From NCBI RefSeq assembly GCF_000015145.1, contig NC_008818.1, positions 870,001 to 902,000 on the forward strand: a stretch of 32,000 nucleotides of DNA, given 5' to 3'. This document shows, in pieces, positions 8,875 to 16,930 of this stretch. The position numbers and the translations under genes were made by a program. The stretch is from Hyperthermus butylicus DSM 5456. Its GTDB lineage: Archaea; Thermoproteota; Thermoprotei_A; Sulfolobales; Pyrodictiaceae. Numbering within the stretch: the stretch's first letter is position 1; the number at the start of each line of letters is the position of its first letter. The notes under the pieces are model-generated. The model was not told where the DNA came from, ran no database searches, and worked only from the letters and a program-made list of their open reading frames with translations.

Positions 8875-11436
8875 GTGCTTGTATTTGTGAAGTCTCATTG
8901 CTACAAACTATTTATCAGGCAGAATCTTGCAGAGCCGTGGGGCGGTAGCTTGGCGGCAAAAGAGCCGAGTCTACAAGCTAGCCGAAACTTTAAACCGAAG
9001 ATAGAGGAGAAGAGGTGGTCGAAGGAGATAGAGCTGGAGCTTATAGAGAGATGGCGAGAGGAAGGACTATACGAGTTTGACCCGGCTAGGGAGGGCCCAA
9101 TACTTGTTATAGACACTCCCCCACCATATCCTAGCGGTAAGTGGCACGTTGGTGGTGCCGCACACTACGCACAGATAGACATGATCGCCCGCTATTTCCG
9201 CATGAAGGGTTGGAACGTGTTTGTCCCCTGGTATGCTGACCGCAATGGCCTACCCGTAGAGGTTGCCGTCGAAAAGAAGCATGGCATACTGGCACACGAG
9301 CTAGCCAGAACAAAGGAGGGCCGCATAAAGTTCCTCGAAATGTGCAGGAAGGAACTAGATCGCGTCGAGGAGGAGCTTGTGAGGATATGGACTAGGCTCG
9401 GCTGCAGCTTTACATACATCCGCGATGGTACGGATAGCCCCGAGTACCGAAAGATAACACAAGCAACATTCATCGAGCTGTGGAAGAAGGGGCTCATATA
9501 CGAGGATGAGAGGCCCGTAAACTGGTGTCCCAGATGTCGTACAACGCTCAGCGAGGCAGAAATAGAGCACCGGGATGAGGACGCATACCTCTACTACGTC
9601 AAGTGGCGCGTCAAGGAGACCGGCGAGGAGATCGTGATAGCGACGACAAGACCCGAACTTATAGGGGCTGCGAGGGCTGTCATCTACAACCCCCGCGATG
9701 AGCGCTACAAGAAGCTCAAGGGGCTACACGCAATAGTACCGATTTACGGCTATGAAGTACCAATACTCGAGCACCCCGCTGCAAAGCCCGAGTTTGGTAC
9801 AGGCCTAGTAATGATTAGCAGCTATGGCGACTGGACAGACGAGCAAATCATAAGGGAGTTAGGCCTCAAGCCCAAGGTGATAGTACAGCCGGACGGGACA
9901 ATGAGCGATGAGGCTGGCTTCCTCCGGGGGTTACTTGTTAGGGAAGCCCGTAGACGGATGGCTGAGGAGCTTGAGAAGCGGGGGCTACTGGTAAAGAAGG
10001 AGCAGATAAGACACAGAGTACCGATATGCTGGAGATGTAAGACTCCGATTGAGATCGTCCACGTTAAGGAGTATTTCCTCAAACAGTTAGAGTTTAAGGA
10101 GGAACTTAAGAAGCTCGTAGATAAGCTCCACTTTAGACCTGAAAAGCATAAGCAGAAGCTGCTAGACTGGATTGAGAGCCTTCGCATGGACTGGCCAATA
10201 TCCAGGACCCGGTTCTATGGCACCGAGATACCGTTATGGCATTGTAGGAGGTGTGGCGCCAAGCTAGTGCCCGAGCCAGGCCGCTACTACAGACCATGGC
10301 TTGAAGAACCACCATGGGACCGCTGTCCAGTCTGTGGCGCTCCCCGCGAGGAACTCGAGGGAGAAACGAGGATATTCGATACCTGGTTCGACTCGAGCAT
10401 CTCTGTGCTCTACGTATCGGGCTACCTCAGAAACCTAAAGCTCTTCGAACGGGTATACCCCAAGGATGAGGAGCTACCTTACACACTACGCCCCCAAGGC
10501 GTGGACATTATCCGTACATGGCTCTACTTTACACTGCTAAGAGTGTACCAGCTGCTGGGTAAGCCAGCATTCCGCTGGGTTAGAGTAACCGGTATGGGGC
10601 TCGACCCGAAGGGCAGGGCTATGCATAAGAGCCTTGGCAACGTTATAGACCCAGAACCATACATTGAAACGTATGGAGCTGAACCTTTCAGGTTCTGGGC
10701 TGCTGCCTCTGCAAAGCTGGGTGACGACTATAGGTTTAGCGAGCAGGTACTAAAGACGGGCAAACTGTTCCTCACTAAGCTCTGGAACATTGCCAGGTTC
10801 GTATCCAGCTTCCCCAAGCCAGAGAAGGACTACAAGCTGAGGCCAATAGACCTGGCATTCCTGGGCGCCCTAAATGATCTCATAAGACGTGTAGACTATA
10901 ACTACGGCGTCGAACTAGACGTACACCAGCCGATAACAGAGCTATACAACTTCACCTGGAACGTATTCGCAGCCCACTACATAGAGCTAGTCAAGTCCAG
11001 AGCCTACAATAGGGAGAGCAGGTTTAGTCCAGAGGAGCAGAGGGGAGCCTGGTACACACTACACTACATTCTCGACGCCCTGCTGAGAATGCTAGCACCA
11101 ATACTGCCATTCATAACTGATGCCATATACCGCCGGCTCTATGGTGAAAGTGTCCACAAACAGAGGTTCCCAGAACCGAACCCAGAGTGGGACACCAAGC
11201 ACAAGGATATGCTGGAGCACATAACGAGGTTTAACAGCGCCATATGGACATGGAAGAAGGAGCACAACATAAAGCTATCAGAACCCCTCAGAGACTACGT
11301 GATCTATGTCGACGAAAAATTTGCAGACTATATAGAGGATCTAGCAGAGCTACACCACGCTGAAATAGTCGTAGGCAAACCCGAGAAGTACGAGTATAAG
11401 CTAGCAGACGACATATACCTAGTAAAGAAGAGTTAG
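8875..11436 (+). CDS. valS: Valyl-tRNA synthetase
   Basis: Up to 853 aa; class I HIGH-like PPPYPSGKWHVGGAAHYAQIDMIARYFRMKGWNVFVPWYADRNGLPVEV, KMSKS-like GRAMHKSLGNVIDPEPYI. True start may be the TTG at 8950, because CTATTTAT near 8905 could be the TATA box. Confidence 0.95.
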   Translation: MLVFVKSHCYKLFIRQNLAEPWGGSLAAKEPSLQASRNFKPKIEEKRWSKEIELELIERWREEGLYEFDPAREGPILVIDTPPPYPSGKWHVGGAAHYAQIDMIARYFRMKGWNVFVPWYADRNGLPVEVAVEKKHGILAHELARTKEGRIKFLEMCRKELDRVEEELVRIWTRLGCSFTYIRDGTDSPEYRKITQATFIELWKKGLIYEDERPVNWCPRCRTTLSEAEIEHRDEDAYLYYVKWRVKETGEEIVIATTRPELIGAARAVIYNPRDERYKKLKGLHAIVPIYGYEVPILEHPAAKPEFGTGLVMISSYGDWTDEQIIRELGLKPKVIVQPDGTMSDEAGFLRGLLVREARRRMAEELEKRGLLVKKEQIRHRVPICWRCKTPIEIVHVKEYFLKQLEFKEELKKLVDKLHFRPEKHKQKLLDWIESLRMDWPISRTRFYGTEIPLWHCRRCGAKLVPEPGRYYRPWLEEPPWDRCPVCGAPREELEGETRIFDTWFDSSISVLYVSGYLRNLKLFERVYPKDEELPYTLRPQGVDIIRTWLYFTLLRVYQLLGKPAFRWVRVTGMGLDPKGRAMHKSLGNVIDPEPYIETYGAEPFRFWAAASAKLGDDYRFSEQVLKTGKLFLTKLWNIARFVSSFPKPEKDYKLRPIDLAFLGALNDLIRRVDYNYGVELDVHQPITELYNFTWNVFAAHYIELVKSRAYNRESRFSPEEQRGAWYTLHYILDALLRMLAPILPFITDAIYRRLYGESVHKQRFPEPNPEWDTKHKDMLEHITRFNSAIWTWKKEHNIKLSEPLRDYVIYVDEKFADYIEDLAELHHAEIVVGKPEKYEYKLADDIYLVKKS

Positions 11437-11443
11437 CCTCAAC

Positions 11444-11506
11444 GGGGATGCTGAGCCCGGGAAGACTGAGCACCAAGACATGATGTATCGGATTTCGACT
11501 GACCCC
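11444..11506 (+). ncRNA. Candidate box C/D sRNA (3' of valS)
   Basis: GGGG-[ATGCTGA, C]-11 nt-[CTGA, D']-10 nt-[ATGATGT, C']-12 nt-[CTGA, D]-CCCC. Terminal 4-bp stem immediately flanks C and D. Weakness: the fourth C-box base is C instead of the nearly invariant A. Confidence 0.4.
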
Positions 11507-11715
11507 TACCAACATAGTTTAAACACAGCTCTACGTACAACTCATCTCCTGGACCCGCGACGCCCGGGGCGAGACCGCCCGTCCGGCGGCCCTATGACCC
11601 CGGGTCTCCCGGCCTTCAGAAGACCCTCCCCACTCGCCACAACCCATTCTACCGCGGTAGGGCTACAGCTGTAAACCTCGCAGCTTCCAGCTGTAGACTT
11701 CCTGGTGCAGCATGC

Positions 11716-12309
11716 ATGAACTACATGAAGCTGGAGAGGCTTGCAAAAATTGTTGAAGCGTTAAAGACTACGCCGAGAACAGGCTGGCTCCTAAGAGGAG
11801 TTTACCCAGCCATAGCTGAGACCATAGCTGCACACATGTATGAATCGGCTGTCCTAGCACTAATGCTTGGAGAGGAGCTGAGAAGCTGTGGCATAGAGGT
11901 TGACCCTCAGCACGCTGCAGCAGTTGCTATTGTCCACGACGCAGCCGAAGCAATAGTAGGTGATATTGTAAAGTACACCGCGGAGGCTATGGGTAAGGAG
12001 CTTAAGGAGAGAATCGAGGTCGAAGCCGCAAGGAAAGAGATACCGTCAGTGCTCCTCTTGAAACTGCTTGAGGAGTACGTGGCCCAGAACACCATGGAGT
12101 CAGAACTCGTAAAGATCGCTGAAATGCTATCAACACTAATCCAGTCCCTAAGATATATTCAGCACGGCTTCTCCAGCGTCAGCGAGATAGCCTGCTCCAC
12201 GGCACAAGGCATAGATAAGATACTTAATGGCGACATAAGGCTGGCCTGTCTACGCAAAACGCTTCAACGCTACATCGATATGGGACTAAGATACTGTAGC
12301 AAGAAGTAG
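11716..12309 (+). CDS. HD-domain phosphohydrolase (YfbR/HDDC2-like)
   Basis: 197 aa; AHMYESAVLALML...AAAVAIVHDAAEAIVGDI has the H...HD arrangement of HD hydrolases. Confidence 0.85.
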   Translation: MNYMKLERLAKIVEALKTTPRTGWLLRGVYPAIAETIAAHMYESAVLALMLGEELRSCGIEVDPQHAAAVAIVHDAAEAIVGDIVKYTAEAMGKELKERIEVEAARKEIPSVLLLKLLEEYVAQNTMESELVKIAEMLSTLIQSLRYIQHGFSSVSEIACSTAQGIDKILNGDIRLACLRKTLQRYIDMGLRYCSKK

Positions 12310-12934
12310 CGCAAAGTAATACACAAGATAGCCATTAGGGCCTCTTACCCTTATTTAACAAAGAAAGATTCTACTTCAACATACTAACTGCCATAAGGCC
12401 GTGGCTCTCTCAGGGCATGCTATTGGCGCCTCAGGCGATATGGGCACGAGCATGTAGCTTAGCTCCCCTCTCCTGATACGATATGAGATTAAACAATGGT
12501 AGGGAATACAACCTGTAAGTAAGGCTATTCATAGGATGCATAGTGTCCTACCTGTGTACAAGGCTTAACAGAAAAGTTAGGCGATATGGTGTTTCTCCCA
12601 CTTGGGAACAGGCGATTAATCTAGGTGCTACAAGGGTTATCTCTCGTGCTAGTGCATCAGGAACATATGATACTTGGAATAAGCTGGAACATGCATTCAA
12701 GGAGTACAAGGGATCAGGGCTTTTTATCCACTGCAACTCCTCTAGTGTTAGCTCGTAGTCTGGGCCCCTAGGAGTATCTTAGGGTAGGATACGTGGTTGC
12801 CATCTTGAAACAAGTTATATAGAGGTATGAGCATTTCGCTTACAACATATAATATTCTACAAAACGTTAACCAGCATTGTATGATTATGGTTTTTCTTGT
12901 GGTAATGGCTTCAAGCAAGAATGTGGTTGTGGAG

Positions 12935-13594
12935 CTACGAGTTATTCGTCAGCTCGCTGGTGGTGGGATAGGTTGTGCTAACTCTTTCACCTTTAACGCC
13001 GTTTTCGACCCAGTATAGTACTTGGTGAGGGTCAGGTGTGTGTAGGGGTTCTCCTAACTCTCTTGCTAGAAGTGATAGGGCATATGCGAGTAATGGTACG
13101 CTGCCCCAGACACGTTTACCCATAATGCTTGCAAGTAAGCGTCGATACCTTTTTGCAAGGTATTTTGCTAGTTTGCGCCTAGCCTCGCTGGGCTCCGACG
13201 CGTATACTATCTTGCTCTTCACGGCTAGCCTAATACTGCCCCTCGTGAGCCCCCTTGGGGCCATGTAGACGTAGACTATGTCTGCTTGGGCATATTCATT
13301 CCCGGAGAGCCTTCCTACGAACCGGGCAAGCCGAGCTAGCCTCCTTGCAAGCTGCTGGGGTGAGGTAGGTCTTGATCTCTGGGTAGAAGCGTAGATGGCT
13401 ACTACGAGTGGATGCGAGCCAGGGAGATTAACAACTGCGACGTGAATTCGCCTATCGCCGCTAGAGTAAACGCGGATTGGGGTAAAAGACGGATCGATAC
13501 TGCTTCTTGCCACTGCAGCAATGCGCCTCGTAGCCCGGAGTACTGGGAGCAGCAGTTTGTTAGCAGTCTCCAGGGCTGCCAGCTGTCTATCCAT
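12935..13594 (-). CDS. Orphan basic hypothetical protein
   Basis: 219 aa ORF rich in Arg/Lys (ADIVYVYMAPRGLTRGSIRLAVKSKIVYASEPSEARRKLAKYLAKRYRRLLASIMGKRVWGSVPLLAYALSLLARE); no family recognised. Confidence 0.6.
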   Translation of the reverse strand: MDRQLAALETANKLLLPVLRATRRIAAVARSSIDPSFTPIRVYSSGDRRIHVAVVNLPGSHPLVVAIYASTQRSRPTSPQQLARRLARLARFVGRLSGNEYAQADIVYVYMAPRGLTRGSIRLAVKSKIVYASEPSEARRKLAKYLAKRYRRLLASIMGKRVWGSVPLLAYALSLLARELGEPLHTPDPHQVLYWVENGVKGERVSTTYPTTSELTNNS

Positions 13595-13838
13595 ACCCTG
13601 TTACTCCCAACAACTGGGAAGAAGACGCTCCTGTAATAGAGAATTGTAGGCTGGTCCGTCTGGTCAGGAGAGAAACTGCGGTAAGTTGCACTGTGCCAGG
13701 TCAGGGTAGCACGTAGAACAGCAGTCATGGGACAGCCAAAACTTTATCCTGAATAGAGCTGGCTGCCAATTATTCAGGGTAGTCCGCGAGAAGCTAGGGT
13801 AACCTGACAGGCAACACAGCTAGGTGCTAATACCGGCT

Positions 13839-13908
13839 GTGATGAGTGGACCACGAGCTGAAACCCTCCAAGACCTGGAGGGTTTGTGAGGAAACCCTGC
13901 ATCGCTGA
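13839..13908 (+). ncRNA. Candidate box C/D sRNA with hairpin-containing D'-C' linker
   Basis: GTGATGA (C, 13839-13845)-12 nt-CTGA (D', 13858-13861)-AACCCTCC aagacct GGAGGGTT t-GTGAGGA (C', 13886-13892)-12 nt-CTGA (D, 13905-13908). Both guides are exactly 12 nt. No obvious terminal stem. Confidence 0.45.
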
Positions 13909-14043
13909 GTACGCTTGTCTTTGTAGTTCCCTCTACGGAGTAGTGTAAGCCAAAATGATGGTCAAGGAATCGTCCGTATTGTTGTATATGTTGGGAGTAG
14001 GGATTAGCTGATGAGAAGAAGGATCAACCAGGTTGAGGGGAGG

Positions 14044-14173
14044 CGGCCCGATCCCGGCTTGGGGGAGCTGCGGGGCCTCGCGGACCCCACAGCTACCCCC
14101 AACGCGGCCGGCTTAACTTCCGGGTTCGAAGTGGGTCCGGGTGTTGCCCGGCCGCTATGGCCGGGTCGGGCCG
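14044..14173 (-). rRNA. rrf: 5S rRNA
   Basis: Minus-strand sequence ...CGGCCGGGCAACACCCGGACCCACTTCGAACCCGGAAGTTAAGCCGGCCGCGTTGGGGGTAGC... is canonical archaeal 5S. Terminal helix CGGCCCGA/TCGGGCCG defines the ends to about 2 nt. Confidence 0.96.
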
Positions 14174-14199
14174 TGTTGTAGCGCTATCCTCCCGGGCTG

Positions 14200-14210
14200 A
14201 TTTTTATTTC
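14200..14210 (-). promoter_or_regulatory. Putative TATA box of the 5S rRNA gene
   Basis: Minus strand GAAATAAAAAT, about 27-37 nt upstream of the 5S 5' end. It overlaps the stop codon of the preceding gene. Confidence 0.55.
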
Positions 14211-14530
14211 TTTCTCCTCCTTTTCTTGAAAAGGGTCATTGATATGAGTTCGGATTCACCCTCCACGTATATTGCGTGTACTACCATTGGTTTGCCGCAG
14301 CGGGGACACATGGTTCCCTGGTCTACAAGGCCAACGTAATCTCCCTCCTTAAACCGCCGTGTCTTCTCGTAGCCGCAGCTCGAACATCGTAGTAGTGTTA
14401 TGGGTGTTACTTCGCTCTCTTCTTCGGGCTTCTTTAGCTTCAAAATGCTCAGTGTGGTGTATATTAGCAGTATTGTTGTTGAGAGTATGAATGCGAGGTA
14501 GAGGAGTTCTGCCAGCTGATTATCAATCAT
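14204..14530 (-). CDS. Small membrane protein with C-terminal zinc-ribbon-like domain
   Basis: 108 aa; N-terminal TM (LAELLYLAFILSTTILLIYTTLSIL) and CSSC...CPRC motifs (LLRCSSCGYEKTRRF..GTMCPRCGKPM). Confidence 0.75.
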   Translation of the reverse strand: MIDNQLAELLYLAFILSTTILLIYTTLSILKLKKPEEESEVTPITLLRCSSCGYEKTRRFKEGDYVGLVDQGTMCPRCGKPMVVHAIYVEGESELISMTLFKKRRRKK

Positions 14531-14554
14531 GGCCTATTCCACCTCTACGAGTTG

Positions 14555-14821
14555 TTATTGTGCGACTCCTATTGTGTTGCCTACACCGACGACTATGACG
14601 GTGTCGCCTGGCTTTGTTACTTCGAGGACTAGTTTTTTGACCCTCTCTACGGCCTTCTCCACACCTTCAACAATTTCCTTCTTCATTGCTGTTATCGCCT
14701 CTTCAACCCCCATCTTAATGGCTATGGCGTATAGTGGTATGTTGTGTTTTACCGCTATCCTCTCAATCCTTATCTTCTTCGGGGCCCGGATCGCCCATAG
14801 CCACGCCTGTACCTTCAGCAA
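14555..14821 (-). pseudogene. C-terminal portion of a DUF1512-like membrane protein (frame 2 of a split gene)
   Basis: IRIERIAVKHNIPLYAIAIKMGVEEAITAMKKEIVEGVEKAVERVKKLVLEVTKPGDTVIVVGVGNTIGV continues the 317-aa ORF after a +1 shift at about 14777. It may be a sequencing error, a disruption or recoding. Confidence 0.65.
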
Positions 14822-15716
14822 TGCTTCCTGTGGGCTCTCCCTCCATCTTCAATGCGGCGTCTACAGTTATGATGGCTGCTATTCTCTGGTGTAGCCACTC
14901 CTCGACAAGCCTTTCAACGGCTTCTCCTGGCCTTCCGACGGTGCTTCCGGGACCCTTAGCTTTCACCACGACTATGTTTCTACCATCCATCTTATGTACC
15001 GAGTATATCGTATCCTTAGCTACCTCTATAGGTCCTGCTATGCGCGGGAGGCTCGTCATGAGTCTGTAGGCTGCTAATGGGCCAGCTGCGTCGCCTATAG
15101 GCACACCCTTAGATATGACTTTTGCGGCGTCATGGTACGTCTTGGCTATCCTCATGAAGAATGGAAGCATCATCCATAGTTGTGCTACGAGGAGAGCATT
15201 ACGTGTCTTAATCCCGGTGAGTAGTATGTGGCGCACATACTTGTATATCAGGTTGAGTGCATTGGCTATTGCTAGGAGCGTAACAATATTCTTTACTTGA
15301 ATATCACTAATTCCCTCGGGCAACCTTGAGGCTACAACCTGCTCTATCCTATCCTCCTCGGTGCGCAGTATTTTTTCAAGCCTCTTAGTTATATCGGTAG
15401 GCTCTATGGATACTGGTTCGACGACGAAGTACTCAATGGTCGTCTCAAGAATATTGTCAACATCTCTTGCTTTTAGCTCCGAAAGCCTCCTCCTGGCTAG
15501 CTGTTTTACATCGTCCCTATACTTCTCTAGTATACGTAGCCTAGCCTCAATTTGACTCCTCCAAATCCTAATCTGTAGTCCCTGTGCTACACCTAGAAAG
15601 GCAAGTATCGAGAGTACTGTTGATATTAGTATGCTTATTGCTATAATCCATGTAGCTAGTGAGGTATCGGAGAAGATGGACGAGGACGTATTAGCTAGTG
15701 GTAGCAGCTCTGCCAC
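14763..15716 (-). CDS. DUF1512-like membrane protein (N-terminal portion, apparently frameshifted)
   Basis: 317 aa; N-terminal TM (LATWIIAISILISTVLSILAFLGVA), soluble body, ending GSIAEGTGVAMGDPGPEEDKD* just where the next frame becomes coding. Family name from memory. Confidence 0.7.
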   Translation of the reverse strand: MAELLPLANTSSSIFSDTSLATWIIAISILISTVLSILAFLGVAQGLQIRIWRSQIEARLRILEKYRDDVKQLARRRLSELKARDVDNILETTIEYFVVEPVSIEPTDITKRLEKILRTEEDRIEQVVASRLPEGISDIQVKNIVTLLAIANALNLIYKYVRHILLTGIKTRNALLVAQLWMMLPFFMRIAKTYHDAAKVISKGVPIGDAAGPLAAYRLMTSLPRIAGPIEVAKDTIYSVHKMDGRNIVVVKAKGPGSTVGRPGEAVERLVEEWLHQRIAAIITVDAALKMEGEPTGSIAEGTGVAMGDPGPEEDKD

Positions 15717-15885
15717 GAGTATAACCCCTCCAAGGAGATTTCCCAGGCTGTGCTAGGCTTGTGTGCATACCCGGTTCTCGGATGGTGCCAGAAAAACTTG
15801 GCGCAACATAATATTGGTTTCTACTAGGTAGACGTGGTGCCACCACAGCTCCTTCTCCTTTGTTCCTCTGAAGCTGATTACTGTT

Positions 15886-16794
15886 CTACGCTGTTGTGAT
15901 GATTACTTCGCCGTCATCGCGGATTAGTACTGTATGCTCGAATTGTGCTACAATGCCTCTACGCTTCTCGACTAGTATGGGGTACTTTGTTAGAAAGCCC
16001 ATTCTGCTAAGCTTTCTCAGAGACTGACGCAGCTGATCCACGCTCGCTACATCTCTTAGCCAACGTTCGGTGAATGGTAGTGTTTTGAACCTCTTCTTAA
16101 CCTCCTCGAGGATGTTGCGTGTCGTATCGTCAAGTCTACGTTTGAGGTTTGGCTTGGAGAGAGAGTATATTGTCACAAGTTCTCCCTCCTCAACTACGCC
16201 AGCGCCATTGGTGCCAAATGGCTCTATAGCATATACGTGGCTTGGCTGGAAGCGGCCACGAGCAAATGGCTCGTAGATGTTTGGTATGCTTTCGCCAGCA
16301 TGGACACGGTAGCGAGCTATGCTGTGGCCGCCAAGGTTTGCTACGGGCTTAAATCCGTACGAGGATATTATTGTCTCTATTGTCTTGCTTACATCGGAGA
16401 ACTTGGCGCCAGGTTTAACCGTTTTCAGTGCCTTCTCCAGCGCCTCCCTAACAGCTTCAAGGAGCCTAGCGTACTTTCCACCGGTTAAGTCTATGGTTGT
16501 GGCTGTGTCGGCGATGTAGCCGTCTACATGCACACCGACATCTATTTTGACAACAGAGTCTTCGGGTATGGTGGAAGTGTCATCTAGTGTTGGGGTATAG
16601 TGTGCAGCGATATGGCTTACGCCGATGTTACACGGAAATGCTGGCTGGCCGCCAAGTTCGCGGATACGATTTTCCACCCATTCGCAGAATTCTAGCACGC
16701 TTAGTCCAGGCTCTACCCTTCTACTAGCCTCCTCTAACACTTGTCTTGCTATACGGCCCGCTTCAAGATATGCCTTGAGCGCTTCCTCCTCCAC
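15886..16794 (-). CDS. map: Type II methionine aminopeptidase
   Basis: 302 aa; GVSHIAAHYTP, VVKIDVGVHVDGYIADTATTIDLTG, LGGHSIARYRVHAGESIPN, YAIEPFGTNGAG, FEHTVLI motifs. Confidence 0.95.
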   Translation of the reverse strand: MEEEALKAYLEAGRIARQVLEEASRRVEPGLSVLEFCEWVENRIRELGGQPAFPCNIGVSHIAAHYTPTLDDTSTIPEDSVVKIDVGVHVDGYIADTATTIDLTGGKYARLLEAVREALEKALKTVKPGAKFSDVSKTIETIISSYGFKPVANLGGHSIARYRVHAGESIPNIYEPFARGRFQPSHVYAIEPFGTNGAGVVEEGELVTIYSLSKPNLKRRLDDTTRNILEEVKKRFKTLPFTERWLRDVASVDQLRQSLRKLSRMGFLTKYPILVEKRRGIVAQFEHTVLIRDDGEVIITTA

Positions 16795-16930
16795 AGCATG
16801 CCCCCACTTAATGGCTTGGATTGGCAGGGTTTAGTGCTCTACTAACATCATAGTATATGACATGTGGCCTCGGGGGTAGGGGCTAAGAGTTTTGGAGCTA
16901 CTCGGTGTAATATCTGGACTGTAGCCGGAG

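Noticed and set aside
13648-13720. tRNA-like or RNase P/SRP-like segment (GTCCGTCTGGTCAGGAGAGAAACTGCGGTAAG...)
   Set aside because: No T-arm GGTTCRANNCC, no acceptor stem, no RNase P GAGGAAAGTCC core and no SRP GGAGCAGC helix-8 core in the right context.
14529-15069. Plus-strand ORFs of 121 and 111 aa opposite the DUF1512-like gene
   Set aside because: Low-complexity Ser/Thr/Pro-rich products typical of antisense reading frames; the opposite strand encodes a coherent membrane protein.
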